In this document: one piece after another, positions 11,181 through 20,518 of the stretch
Layout: each line of letters begins with the position of its first letter
How positions within the stretch are numbered: position 1 is the stretch's first letter
Translations under genes and position numbers: made by a program
Notes under the pieces: generated by a model
Seen by the model: only the letters and a program-made list of their open reading frames with translations
What the model was told of the DNA's origin: nothing
The model's database searches: none
Origin: Caulobacterales bacterium
GTDB lineage: Bacteria; Pseudomonadota; Alphaproteobacteria; Caulobacterales; Caulobacteraceae
Direction of reading: 5' to 3'
Assembly: GCA_017302105.1 (NCBI GenBank)
Contig: JAFLCS010000005.1
Span: forward strand, 73,574-137,573
DNA length: 64,000 bases

Positions 11181-11475
11181 ATGAGACGAATCCTTTTGAC
11201 GGCAGCTTGCGGTACCGAGGGCGGATCATCCTGATCGAAAGCGGGGATCCGGTCGGTGCCGTCGATATGGCAGAGGCGGCGCGGGTCGAGATTTCCGAAG
11301 CGGTGGCCCCCCTCTACGTGCACTGGGGATGCAGCGGGCCTACCACCACGATGGCTCCATCGGTGTGGTGGTTTGGACGGGCCCAGACCGTCAGGCCGTC
11401 ATGGCGCCGTCCTACTGGTCGAGCGGAGCGGCCCTCGTGGTCAGCTGGTCACGGCCGGAGACGGGAGCGCCATGA
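11181..11475 (+). pseudogene. Decayed paralog of the secreted protein encoded at 12548..13051
   Basis: Frame 2 reads DGSLRYRGRIILIESGDPVGAVDMAEAARVEISEAVAP. After a C6 run (11307-11312) the match continues in frame 1 as LRALGMQRAYHHDGSIGVVVWTGPDRQAVMAPSYWSSGAALVVSWSRPETGAP*. The intact copy reads DGSLRHRGWISLINSREQVCSVDMAEAGVVQVSDLAAEHLAALGMERISAHGGETLGVIVWAGEGRQAVIAPSNLSSGAAITLSWVRPDQSD*. A lipoprotein-like start MRRILLTAAC (11181) sits in a third frame. Confidence 0.55.
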
Positions 11476-11509
11476 CCCCTACACTTGCCCTATCAGGCTC
11501 GAGCCTTTA

Positions 11510-11640
11510 AGGAACGCGCCGTTGGGGAGTAGCTTCCGGCACCCAGATAAATGCCGGGATCACGTCAACATACTCGTCCGCTTCGGCGGCGTGGCGTGAT
11601 CAGCGGGACCACCGCCTAGCGAGACCAGCGTGCCTTTCGG
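11510..11640 (+). promoter_or_regulatory. yybP-ykoY (Mn2+) riboswitch in the mntP leader
   Basis: Contains the hallmark conserved blocks GGGGAGUAG (11524-11532), GUCAACAUAC (11564-11573) and UAGCGAGACC (11617-11626), immediately upstream of mntP. Boundaries are approximate. Confidence 0.8.
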
Positions 11641-11696
11641 CTCCTACCGGCGGAGCTGCGAGCGCGCTGTCTTGTGTGCCCGGTGGACCGTATCTG

Positions 11697-12263
11697 ATGA
11701 CCCCTTTCGCCATCGCCGCCCTGTCGCTGAGTATGTCGGCTGACGCCTTCGCCGCCGCCGTGGGCCGTGGTGCCGCCCACCAGCCCCGGCTCAAGACGGC
11801 GGTGCGCAACGGACTTGTGTTCGGCGTCATCGAGGCGATCACCCCGATCCTCGGCTGGTCTCTCGGCGTGCTCGCGGCGGGCATGGTCCAGGCCATTGAC
11901 CACTGGATTGCCTTCGGCCTGCTCGGCGCAGTCGGCGGCAAGCTTCTGTGGGAAGCGTTTCAGGAATCGGGTCCGGAGACCGCCAAATCCACCCGGCGCG
12001 GCCTGATCGGCCTGATCGCCACGGCGGTAGGCACTTCGATCGACGCGGCTGCGGTCGGGGTGGGCCTGGCCTTCATCGGGGCCAATATCTGGATCATCGC
12101 CGCCAGCATCGGCTTTACCACCTTCGTCCTGACGACGGTCGGTATGTTGATCGGCCGGGCCGTCGGTGTCCGCTTCGGCAAGGTCGCCGAAGGCATCGGC
12201 GGGGTCCTGCTCATCGGCATCGGCCTGACCATCCTGATCGAGCACATGGGCTGGCTGGCGTAA
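11697..12263 (+). CDS. mntP: Manganese efflux pump MntP
   Basis: MTPFAIAALSLSMSADAFAAAVGRG... and six transmembrane helices, with the second-half repeat AVGTSIDAAAVGVGLA. Start taken at the ATG at 11697. Confidence 0.9.
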   Translation: MTPFAIAALSLSMSADAFAAAVGRGAAHQPRLKTAVRNGLVFGVIEAITPILGWSLGVLAAGMVQAIDHWIAFGLLGAVGGKLLWEAFQESGPETAKSTRRGLIGLIATAVGTSIDAAAVGVGLAFIGANIWIIAASIGFTTFVLTTVGMLIGRAVGVRFGKVAEGIGGVLLIGIGLTILIEHMGWLA

Positions 12264-12547
12264 GGGGAACAATGGGACCGAGGGGCAATCTCACCGCCCT
12301 GGCCCGGCGGGAGAAGGCGACCCGAAGGGCCGGTTGAGGGGTAAGCCGCTCAGGATAGCGCGCCGAAACACCCATCTTTGGCCAGATGCGACTCTCTCCC
12401 TCCGCTCAGCGCGTCGCGCAAGCGCGCCTCGGAGCGGAGCCGGCCCTCTCGCAATGGGAGAGGGATGCGATCAGGACGGTCAGACGGCGTCAGTAGGCAG
12501 GGCCGCGCCCAGCGGCGACGATGCGCCCGAGGCCTTGGGAGGGTTCG

Positions 12548-13051
12548 ATGCGGTTCATGTTTCTGGCGGCCCTGGCGGGCCTGGTCTGCGCCGGTCCGGT
12601 GGCGGCTCAGTCGATGAATATCCCGATGATCGTGCGCGACACGATGACCGAGGTCTGCGGTCCGTATATGCAGTCGGGGGATCGGGCTGCGGCGGTTCAG
12701 GCCGCTATCGCGGCGGGCTATCGCCCGGTCGGCGGCAATGGGGGCGTCTCGCCCGGCTCGACCGTCCATCTGGATGGCTCGCTCCGGCATCGCGGCTGGA
12801 TCAGCCTGATCAATTCGCGCGAACAGGTCTGTTCGGTCGACATGGCCGAGGCCGGGGTGGTTCAGGTTTCGGATCTGGCCGCCGAGCATCTGGCTGCCCT
12901 GGGCATGGAGCGGATTTCGGCCCACGGCGGCGAGACCCTGGGCGTCATCGTCTGGGCCGGCGAGGGACGCCAGGCGGTGATCGCCCCGTCCAACCTGTCG
13001 AGCGGCGCCGCCATCACCCTGAGCTGGGTGCGGCCCGATCAGAGCGACTGA
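12548..13051 (+). CDS. Secreted hypothetical protein (intact paralog of the 11181..11475 pseudogene)
   Basis: Signal peptide MRFMFLAALAGLVCAGPVAAQS. GGGAGGG ribosome-binding site before the ATG at 12548. Confidence 0.65.
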   Translation: MRFMFLAALAGLVCAGPVAAQSMNIPMIVRDTMTEVCGPYMQSGDRAAAVQAAIAAGYRPVGGNGGVSPGSTVHLDGSLRHRGWISLINSREQVCSVDMAEAGVVQVSDLAAEHLAALGMERISAHGGETLGVIVWAGEGRQAVIAPSNLSSGAAITLSWVRPDQSD

Positions 13052-13746
13052 GCAAATGCCGGTACGGCTTCGGTGGCCGGGCCATAGACGCCGTCGTCGA
13101 ACATCTCGGCTCCCAGCGACGGCTCCAGATTGATCTCGACCGTGCGTGCGCCGGCCAGGGCCGCCTCGCGCACAAAGCCGGATGCGGGCCAGACCGCGCC
13201 CGATGTGCCGATCGAAACGAACAGGTCGCAGCGTTCCAGCGCCGCATAGATGCGCTCCAGCTCCAGCGGCGTCTCGCCGAACCAGACGATGTGCGGCCTG
13301 AGCCAGCCGTCCGGGTCGAAGTGGCTCTCATGATAGGGGTCCAGGTCTCCGGTCCAGTCGCAGACCCGGCCTGTCACGGTGCAGCGTGCTCTCAGGAGCT
13401 CGCCGTGCATATGGATCAGACGGAAGCCGGGCGCGGCCTTGATCTCGGCATGGGCCCGGTCGTGCAGATCATCGACGTTCTGGGTGACCAGCAGGAAGTC
13501 ACCGTCCCAGCGCGCCGCCAGCTCGGCCAGCGCCCGGTGTGCCGCATTGGGCTGGGCCGTCGGCAACAGGGCGCGGCGCTTGTTGTAGAAGTCCTGAACC
13601 AGCGCCTGATTGGCCGCGAACCCTTCGGGCGTCGCGACCTCCTCGACCCGATGGCCTTCCCACAGCCCATCCGTGGCGCGAAACGTCGGCACTCCGCTTT
13701 CGGCGGAGACTCCGGCACCGGTCAGGATGACAAGATTGGATCTCAT
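13039..13746 (-). CDS. cobB: NAD-dependent protein deacylase, Sir2 family
   Basis: LTGAGVSAESGVPTFR, QNVDDLH and HGEL motifs, plus VWFGE and GTSGAV. Confidence 0.9.
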   Translation of the reverse strand: MRSNLVILTGAGVSAESGVPTFRATDGLWEGHRVEEVATPEGFAANQALVQDFYNKRRALLPTAQPNAAHRALAELAARWDGDFLLVTQNVDDLHDRAHAEIKAAPGFRLIHMHGELLRARCTVTGRVCDWTGDLDPYHESHFDPDGWLRPHIVWFGETPLELERIYAALERCDLFVSIGTSGAVWPASGFVREAALAGARTVEINLEPSLGAEMFDDGVYGPATEAVPAFAQSL

Positions 13747-13773
13747 CGTCGGACCGATGCCGGACGTCCGGGT

Positions 13774-14319
13774 CTAGGCCGACGCGCGCGGTCCCATCAT
13801 GGAAGCCAGCAGGATCGTCACGCCGGTAACCAGGAAGTCGATGCCGACGAAGGTACCGATCGTCCAGCCGACCATATCCATCAAATTGAACAGGACCATG
13901 CCGCCGAGGATCAGGCTGAGCAGCCCCCCGATACCGAGCCAGATCCGTGCCTGGCCAAAGCTGCTGTCCAGGGCCAGCATGATTCCGGTGATCCCGCGTG
14001 CCACCAGGACCGCCCCCAGCAGCAGGGTCAGGGAGACGGCCCCGACGCCGGGCTGGGCAACCATCCAGATTCCCAGGCCGATCGCCAGCAGCGACCAAAG
14101 GACGTTCAGCCAACGCCCGTTGCCGGATTTCTCCTGGAAGCTGGCGAACAGGCCGACGGCCCCCCCGGCGATCAGGCAGATGCCGATGACGAGCACTGTT
14201 GCCAGAGTGGTGACCACCGGCAGGGCCAGGGCCGCCGCACCCAGGATGATCATCAGAATTCCATAGAAGCCACTGACCATTCTCAGGCCGCGGCCGACGC
14301 TTTGCATTGTATCCGTCAT
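13774..14319 (-). CDS. HdeD/DUF308-family membrane protein
   Basis: 181 aa with six hydrophobic helices carrying repeated GxxxG-rich segments. The N-terminus resembles HdeD. Confidence 0.7.
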   Translation of the reverse strand: MTDTMQSVGRGLRMVSGFYGILMIILGAAALALPVVTTLATVLVIGICLIAGGAVGLFASFQEKSGNGRWLNVLWSLLAIGLGIWMVAQPGVGAVSLTLLLGAVLVARGITGIMLALDSSFGQARIWLGIGGLLSLILGGMVLFNLMDMVGWTIGTFVGIDFLVTGVTILLASMMGPRASA

Positions 14320-14636
14320 GGCATACCTCCCCTGTTATGCACCGGTTAACGATACGCTCGCTGTTGCGGATCGGCAATCGGTGTTCCGCGGTGGACAGGC
14401 CTGACTATTCGCACCGGGAACGTACCGGCCCCTGACACAGGGGGTACAGCGGGACGATCTTGACTACGCCTGCGAGCATCCTTGAGCAGATGGTCAGCCG
14501 GATGCGCGACCCACACCCCGGCCGGGTCCTGGTGCCCGATCCGCCGCTGTGATCGGCGCTGATTATGCCGGACCGCACCGGGCGATTGGGACCTCCCCTT
14601 TGCCTTCGACATCTTGGCCGTCTTCAATGCGGACGG

Positions 14637-15572
14637 TCAGGGCCGGGCCTCTTGGGGCTGGTCGACCAGGCGCTGGCGATCCGCCGCACAGCCCTCGACC
14701 AGATGATCGAGCAACAGACGGATCGAAGGCAAAAGGCCCCGCCGCGACGGATAGACGGCGTGAACGATCCAGGGGCGAGGTCGCCAGTCGGGCGTCAGAT
14801 CAATCAGCCGCCCGGCCTGAAGATCATCGATCACCGCCACGGTTGGCAACAACACCACGCCCTGACCCGCCAGCGTCGCCTGCTGCAGCATGGCAATGTC
14901 GTCGGTGACCAGGCGTGGATAGTGGCGAACGCCGGCAGTCCGGCCTTCGGGTCCGCGCAACGTCCACAGATGGGTCTCGCGGGCCGGGCCGAAATCCAGG
15001 CTCGGCCATGTGCTGAGATCCGCGGGGCCGACGGGCATCCCGTGGCGTTCGACCAGCTGGGGCGCGGCGACCAGCCGGTGGATGCTCTCGTCCAGCTTAC
15101 GCATGACCAGCTCGGTCTCCTCCAGCGGCGGCTCGCGCACGCGGATGGCCAGATCGAAACCCTCGGCCACCACATCGACGCGCCGAGTGGTGCTTTCCAG
15201 CTGGACCCGGACTTCGGGATACCGGGCCATGAAGCCAGCGATCAGCCCGGCCATCTGATAGGCGACCAGACCGGGCGGGCAGGCCAGCCGGATCAGGCCG
15301 CGCGGCCCGCTGGCGGCGCTGTCGATCACCGCCTGGGCGGCGTCGGCCTCGATCAGCATGGCCCGGCAGTGGCTGTAGTAGGCCATGCCGATGTCGGTGA
15401 CCGCGAACTGGCGCGAGGTGCGCTGGATCAGCCGGGCACCCAGGCGATCCTCCAGGGCGGCGATCCTGCGGCTCAGCTTGGACTTCTGCTCGCCGATGGC
15501 CCGGGCGGCGGGGGCGAAGCCGCCATGGTCGACCACCTGGACGAAATAGAAGAGGTCATTGAGATCCTGCAT
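14637..15572 (-). CDS. LysR-family transcriptional regulator
   Basis: MQDLNDLFYFVQVVDHGGFAPAARAIGEQKSKLSRRIAALEDRLGARLIQRTSRQFAVTDIG winged-HTH domain. Divergent from the pirin operon. Confidence 0.9.
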   Translation of the reverse strand: MQDLNDLFYFVQVVDHGGFAPAARAIGEQKSKLSRRIAALEDRLGARLIQRTSRQFAVTDIGMAYYSHCRAMLIEADAAQAVIDSAASGPRGLIRLACPPGLVAYQMAGLIAGFMARYPEVRVQLESTTRRVDVVAEGFDLAIRVREPPLEETELVMRKLDESIHRLVAAPQLVERHGMPVGPADLSTWPSLDFGPARETHLWTLRGPEGRTAGVRHYPRLVTDDIAMLQQATLAGQGVVLLPTVAVIDDLQAGRLIDLTPDWRPRPWIVHAVYPSRRGLLPSIRLLLDHLVEGCAADRQRLVDQPQEARP

Positions 15573-15573
15573 C

Positions 15574-15589
15574 GTCCTATTGATAGGAC
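15574..15589. promoter_or_regulatory. Perfect palindrome GTCCTAT-TG-ATAGGAC in the LysR/pirin divergent intergenic region (candidate LysR box)
   Basis: 16-nt dyad seen directly. It sits 2 nt from the LysR start codon and about 100 nt upstream of pirin. Confidence 0.35.
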
Positions 15590-15692
15590 GCAGAAGGTCC
15601 GAAATGCAATCTTTCGCCGTCGGCGTCGCGGGCGCATATCCACGCCAACGCAACGGGGCCGGGTGCCCCGCCTCCAAGGAAGGAGATCAAAG

Positions 15693-16565
15693 ATGAAGAC
15701 GTTTCTGGGACGCTACGGCAATGAGCGCGGCCACTGGGTCGGCGACGGCTTTCCGGTCCGCTCTCTGTTTTCGTACAATGAGCTGGGCAAGCACGTCAGC
15801 CCGTTCCTGCTGCTCGACTATGCCGGGCCGCACAACTTCGATCCGACCGACAAGCGCCGGGGCGTGGGTCAGCACCCGCACCGCGGCTTTGAGACGGTGA
15901 CCATTGTTTACGATGGCGAGGTCGAGCACCGCGACTCCACCGGCAAGGGCGGCGTCATCGGCCCGGGCGACGTTCAGTGGATGACCGCCGGCGGCGGCAT
16001 CCTGCACGAAGAGTTCCACTCCGGGGCCTTCGCCAAGACCGGCGGCCCGTTCCGCATGGTCCAGTTGTGGGTCAATCTGCCCGCCAAGGACAAGATGACC
16101 ACGCCCGGCTATCAGGGCATCCTGAACGCCGAAATCCCGACCGTCAGCCTCAAGGGCGGCGCCGGGACCGCGCGGATCATCGCCGGTGACCTGGACGGCT
16201 CGAAAGGTCCGGCCCGCACCTTCACCCCGATGAACGTCTGGGATGTGCGGCTGAACCGTGATGCCGAGACCGTGCTGGATCTGCCGGACGGCCACACCTC
16301 CATCCTGGTGGTGCTGTCGGGTCGGATCACCGTCAACGGCACGGAATCCGCCGGGACCGCCGAGGCCCTGTTGATGAGCACCGACGGCGAGGGCGTCCGC
16401 GTCCATGCCGACGCCGATACGGTCCTTCTGGTCCTGAGCGGCGAGCCCATCGACGAGCCCATCGTCGGCTACGGCCCGTTCGTGATGAACTCCGAGGACC
16501 AAATCCGCGAGGCGATCACGGACTTCAACACCGGCCGCTTCGGCCAGATCGCCGCCACGGCCTAA
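15693..16565 (+). CDS. Pirin-family protein
   Basis: GQHPHRGFETVTIVYDGEVEHRDS and MTAGGGILHEE cupin motifs. AAGGAGA ribosome-binding site before the ATG at 15693. The 666-aa ORF is a 5' artefact antisense to the LysR gene. Confidence 0.9.
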   Translation: MKTFLGRYGNERGHWVGDGFPVRSLFSYNELGKHVSPFLLLDYAGPHNFDPTDKRRGVGQHPHRGFETVTIVYDGEVEHRDSTGKGGVIGPGDVQWMTAGGGILHEEFHSGAFAKTGGPFRMVQLWVNLPAKDKMTTPGYQGILNAEIPTVSLKGGAGTARIIAGDLDGSKGPARTFTPMNVWDVRLNRDAETVLDLPDGHTSILVVLSGRITVNGTESAGTAEALLMSTDGEGVRVHADADTVLLVLSGEPIDEPIVGYGPFVMNSEDQIREAITDFNTGRFGQIAATA

Positions 16566-16669
16566 CCGCTTTCAACCCAAACCCAAGGCCCGGTCTTCGG
16601 ACCGGGCCGCCCATTCCCGGCCGCACCTTCGCGCCCGAACGAACCCCTGTGCCCTGAAAGGAGCCAGCT

Positions 16670-17362
16670 ATGACCACCACTCCCTCCACCCCCGCCAACT
16701 TCAACGGCCAGCGCCCGGTCATCGACCCCGACGACGCCGTGATGCTCTTGATCGACCACCAGAGCGGCCTGTTCCAGACCGTCGCCGATATGCCGATGAC
16801 GACCCTGCGCCGTCACGCTGCGGCCCTGGCCTCGATGGCCACCCTGGCCAAGCTGCCGGTCATCACCACCGCCTCGGTGCCGCAAGGCCCGAACGGCCCG
16901 CTGATCCCGGAGATCCACGCCAACGCCCCGCACGCGACCTATGTGGCCCGCAAGGGCGAGATCAACGCCTGGGACAACCCCGACTTCGTCGCGGCGGTGA
17001 AGGCGACGGGCCGCAAGACCCTGATCATCGCCGGCACCATCACCAGCGTCTGCATGGCCTTCCCGGCGATCAGTGCGGCCTATGAAGGCTACAAGGTCTT
17101 CGTGGTGGTCGATGCGTCCGGCACCTATTCCAAGATGGCCGAGGAAATCACCCTGGCGCGCATCGTCCAGGCCGGTGTCGTGCCGATGGACATGGCCGCG
17201 GTCGCTTCGGAACTGCAGAAGACCTGGAACCGAGAAGACGCGGGCGAGTGGGCTCAGGTCTATACCCAGATCTTCCCGCCCTATCAGCTGCTGATCGAGA
17301 GCTATGCTAAGGCCCAGCAGGTCGCCACTGACCACGAGACGCTGGACTCCGTGGCCGCCTGA
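16670..17362 (+). CDS. Isochorismatase-family cysteine hydrolase (YcaC-like)
   Basis: [31 protein letters not shown] (catalytic Cys context). Confidence 0.85.
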   Translation: MTTTPSTPANFNGQRPVIDPDDAVMLLIDHQSGLFQTVADMPMTTLRRHAAALASMATLAKLPVITTASVPQGPNGPLIPEIHANAPHATYVARKGEINAWDNPDFVAAVKATGRKTLIIAGTITSVCMAFPAISAAYEGYKVFVVVDASGTYSKMAEEITLARIVQAGVVPMDMAAVASELQKTWNREDAGEWAQVYTQIFPPYQLLIESYAKAQQVATDHETLDSVAA

Positions 17363-17434
17363 CCCCCTGGCCAACGGCCTGGACGACCGCGCGTCGTCCG
17401 GGCCGAGCGCCGCCCCCAATTTGGAGATCCCGCC

Positions 17435-18091
17435 ATGAACCGCCGCAACACTAACCCCGCCCTTCGCACCGCCCTGGCCGGCGTGCTGGCCCTGTCGCTG
17501 GCCGGCGCCGGCGTCAGCCCCGCCCTGGCCCAGCCCGCCCCCACCGCCGTCGAGGCGGCCGGCGCGCGCGACTATGCGATCGACCCCACCCACGCCCAGG
17601 TCCGCATGACGTGGAACCACATGGGCCTGTCCAATCCAGGCGCGACCTTTGAGACCGTCCAGGGCGTCATCCGCATCGACCCGGCCAACCCCGCCGCCTC
17701 GCGCGTCTCGGTCCGCATCCCGGTTTCCAGCGTTGATTCCGGCGTTCCGGCCCTGGACGCCATGTTCCAGAACGCCGACTTCTTCGACGCCGCCGCCCAT
17801 CCCGAGATCACCTTCGAAAGCCGCGAGGTGCGCTTCACCGGGCTGGGCCACGTCTTTGAGGTCGATGGTGATCTGACCGTACGCGGAGTCACGCGTCCGG
17901 TGACGCTTCGGGCCCGCCTGAACGGCGCGGGCATTCATCCCATGACCGGCGCGCCCGTGGTCGGCTTTTCGGCCGAAACCCTTATAAAGCGATCAGAATT
18001 CGGCTTAGACGTCGCCCTGCCCATGGTCAGCGACGACATCAATGTCCAGATTACGCTAGAAGCGAGCCCCGCACAGGAGACCCGCCCATGA
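17435..18091 (+). CDS. YceI-family periplasmic polyisoprenoid-binding protein
   Basis: Signal peptide followed by YAIDPTHAQVRMTWNHMGLSNPGATF...HPEITFES...GDLTVRGVTRPV. Confidence 0.85.
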   Translation: MNRRNTNPALRTALAGVLALSLAGAGVSPALAQPAPTAVEAAGARDYAIDPTHAQVRMTWNHMGLSNPGATFETVQGVIRIDPANPAASRVSVRIPVSSVDSGVPALDAMFQNADFFDAAAHPEITFESREVRFTGLGHVFEVDGDLTVRGVTRPVTLRARLNGAGIHPMTGAPVVGFSAETLIKRSEFGLDVALPMVSDDINVQITLEASPAQETRP

Positions 18092-18978
18092 TCGAACTCG
18101 TCATTGACCAGCGCCGGCGGGATCTGGGCGGCGGCTTTGAAGTTGGGCGCGTCCTGCCCTTCGCCAAGCGCCGGACGGTCGGCCCGTTCGTCTTCTTTGA
18201 TCACATGGGACCGGTGGATATGCCCGCCGGCATCCCCATGAGCATGGACGTGCGCCCGCACCCGCACATTGGCATCTCGACCCTTTCCTATCTGTTCTCG
18301 GGCGAGATCACCCATCGCGACAGCCTGGGCTACCACCAGGACATCCGCCCCGGCGAGGTCAACTGGATGACCGCCGGCAGCGGCGTCACCCACTCCGAGC
18401 GGCTGGAGCGCGCCCGCCGCGAAGGCGCCCACATGGAGGGGATCCAGGCCTGGGTCGCCCTGCCCGACGGCCAGGAAGAGATCGACCCGTCGTTCGAACA
18501 TCACGCCGGATCCAGCGCCCTGCCGACCTGGAAGGCCGACGGCATCTCCGGGCGCATGGTCGCCGGCGAGGCCCTGGGCATGAAGGCGGCGGTCGGCGTC
18601 TATTCGCCGCTGCACTATCTGCACCTGGAGATGGACCCCGGCGCCCGCTTCCAGACCCCGACCGACCATTCCGAAAGCGCGGTCTATGTGGTCTCCGGCC
18701 TGGTCGAAATCGACGACGGCCGCCCGCTCGGCAACGGTCAGATGGCGGTGCTGGAAAAGGGCGTCGCCTCGGTCGTCTGCGCGCTTGAGCCCAGCATCGT
18801 CATGATCCTGGGCGGCGAGCCGGTGGGCCAGCGATTCATCGACTGGAACTTTGTCTCCTCGTCCAAGGAGCGTCTGGAACAGGCCAAGGTCGACTGGCGC
18901 GCCGGTCGCATGAAGCTGCCGGACATGGATGATCAGGAGTTCATTCCCCTGCCGCCGGATCCGGCACCGGCAGCCTGA
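18088..18978 (+). CDS. Pirin-family protein (second copy, YhhW-like)
   Basis: RPHPHIGISTLSYLFSGEITHRDSLG and NWMTAGSGVTHSE. ATGA overlap with the yceI-like gene. Confidence 0.9.
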   Translation: MIELVIDQRRRDLGGGFEVGRVLPFAKRRTVGPFVFFDHMGPVDMPAGIPMSMDVRPHPHIGISTLSYLFSGEITHRDSLGYHQDIRPGEVNWMTAGSGVTHSERLERARREGAHMEGIQAWVALPDGQEEIDPSFEHHAGSSALPTWKADGISGRMVAGEALGMKAAVGVYSPLHYLHLEMDPGARFQTPTDHSESAVYVVSGLVEIDDGRPLGNGQMAVLEKGVASVVCALEPSIVMILGGEPVGQRFIDWNFVSSSKERLEQAKVDWRAGRMKLPDMDDQEFIPLPPDPAPAA

Positions 18979-19052
18979 CCGTTGATCCTGGCCTGGTCCG
19001 CCAGGTCTGCGGACCCTGCGCCGGCGTCGGCCAAGGGGCTTTCACCCGGGCG

Positions 19053-19493
19053 TCACCAGCTGCCCATGTTCGCCATCGAGGCCCAAGGCTCGGCCGGGGG
19101 CAGGGGATCGCCTTCCTGCAGCAGCTCAACTGATATGCCGTCCGGCGAGCGGACGAAGGCCATATAGCCGTCGCGCGGCGGCCGGTTGATGGTGACGCCG
19201 CCGTCCATCAGCCGCCGGCAGGCCGCATAGATATCCTCGACCTTATAGGCCAGGTGGCCGAAATTGCGCCCGCCGGAATAGACCTCCGGGTCCCAGTTCC
19301 AGGTCAGCTCGACCTCGGCCGATCGCTCGGCGCTGGAGCGGGCGGTGTCCGCCGGCGCGGCCAGAAAGACCAGGGTGAAGCGGCCCGTCTCGTTCTCCAT
19401 CCGGCGCATTTCTTCCAGCCCCAGCAGGTCGCACCAGAACCGGAGCGAGGCGTCGAGGTCCGAGACCCGGACCATGGTGTGAAGATAGCGCAT
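19053..19493 (-). CDS. gloA: Lactoylglutathione lyase (glyoxalase I)
   Basis: MRYLHTMVRVSDLDASLRFW..., ELTWNW, GHLAYKVEDI, DPDGISVELLQ. Confidence 0.8.
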   Translation of the reverse strand: MRYLHTMVRVSDLDASLRFWCDLLGLEEMRRMENETGRFTLVFLAAPADTARSSAERSAEVELTWNWDPEVYSGGRNFGHLAYKVEDIYAACRRLMDGGVTINRPPRDGYMAFVRSPDGISVELLQEGDPLPPAEPWASMANMGSW

Positions 19494-19501
19494 GGCCCGT
19501 C

Positions 19502-19891
19502 TTAGCCGGTCGGCGCGGTCCCCGCCAACAGCACCTGATGCAGCACCACGGCGTCGTTGTGAACCTCGTCATGGGCGCTGTAGATCAGGGTCACGACGCC
19601 CTGGGTCGCCAGCGTTCGGATTTGGTCCAGCTCGGCCTCATGCGGGGCCAGCTCGGCGCGGTAGCGGCGCTGGAATTCGTCCCATTTGGCTGGATCATGG
19701 CCGAACCATTTCCTCAGCTCGGTGCTCGGCGCGATGTCCTTCATCCAGTCGCTCAGGTCAGCGCGTTCCTTGCTGACGCCCCGCGGCCACAGGCGGTCGA
19801 CCAGGATCCGCGTCCCGTCGTCCGGCGAGGCCGGCTCATAGGCGCGCTTCAGGCGCAGGTTCGCGGCGGGGAAGGACAGCGGGGGCGTCAT
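19502..19891 (-). CDS. DUF488 (YeaO-like) protein
   Basis: ILVDRLWPRGVSKERADLSDWMKDIAPSTELRKWFGHDPAKWDEF. Confidence 0.75.
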   Translation of the reverse strand: MTPPLSFPAANLRLKRAYEPASPDDGTRILVDRLWPRGVSKERADLSDWMKDIAPSTELRKWFGHDPAKWDEFQRRYRAELAPHEAELDQIRTLATQGVVTLIYSAHDEVHNDAVVLHQVLLAGTAPTG

Positions 19892-20038
19892 GGCGGCATC
19901 CTAGCACGCTCGGTGGCGGAGCCGCTCGACCGGCAATATCGTCTTGCGGACCTATTCGCCCGGGTTTCGGGTTCTTCGGGGTGCTAGGCTCGGGAATTAC
20001 GGTGTTGTTTGAGGGTTGCCGGTGTGGTGTCGTTGCCC

Positions 20039-20398
20039 ATGCGCGACCGGGATCCGGCCTACATCATCGCGACCTACATAATGGCCAGCCGGCGCAACGG
20101 CACGCTCTACACCGGTGTGAGCAGCAATCTGGCGGGCCGGGTCTGGCAACATCGCGCTGGGACGTTCAAAGGCTTCTCAGCACGGTATGGCTGCAAGACG
20201 TTGGTCTGGTTTGAGCCCTACGAGCTGATTGTCGACGCCATTGCTCGCGAAAAACAGATCAAGAAATGGCGGCGGGCCTGGAAGCTGGCTCTGATCGAGG
20301 CGATTAATCCACAAAGGCTCGATCTGGCTGAGCCCTGGTTCACCGATTCCCTCGTCATCCCGGGGCTCGCTGAAAGCGAGAACCCGGGACCCAGGTGA
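20039..20398 (+). CDS. GIY-YIG nuclease-superfamily small protein
   Basis: YIMASRRNGTLYTGVSSNLAGRVWQHR...REKQIKKWRRAWKLALIE. The start is uncertain (20009 or 20039). Confidence 0.75.
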   Translation: MRDRDPAYIIATYIMASRRNGTLYTGVSSNLAGRVWQHRAGTFKGFSARYGCKTLVWFEPYELIVDAIAREKQIKKWRRAWKLALIEAINPQRLDLAEPWFTDSLVIPGLAESENPGPR

Positions 20399-20518
20399 CC
20401 GGGTGCAATCTCCGGCGCGCACGCGGTTCGCCAATCCGGCCTTGAGCGAAGCGGGGCGCCTGTGCTTGATCGCCTGGGTTCGGGGCTCCGCTTCGCGGCC
20501 CCGGAATGACGAGAGGAA

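Noticed and set aside
11159-11599. 146-aa ORF called as an intact gene
   Set aside because: Only its first ~50 codons match the paralog at 12548..13051, and the match continues in another frame after the C6 run. It is better explained as a pseudogene; the rest of the ORF is out-of-frame read-through.
12334-14349. 671-aa ORF spanning the secreted-protein gene, cobB and the HdeD-like gene
   Set aside because: It runs across three better-supported genes, two of them on the opposite strand. The composition is Arg/Gly/Pro/Asp low complexity.
14320-14636. 93-aa minus-strand ORF (14346..14627) or an sRNA in the 317-nt spacer between the HdeD-like and LysR genes
   Set aside because: The product is Arg/Gln-rich with no motif. 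Third-position GC bias fades in the second half, and there is no clear ribosome-binding site or terminator, so support is insufficient.
14565-15692. 5' two-thirds of the 666-aa ORF that ends as pirin
   Set aside because: This part is antisense to a clear LysR regulator. Pirin homology, a ribosome-binding site and an ATG begin at 15693.
16562-17938. 458-aa minus-strand ORF over the isochorismatase and YceI genes
   Set aside because: Antisense artefact; the plus-strand genes carry family motifs.
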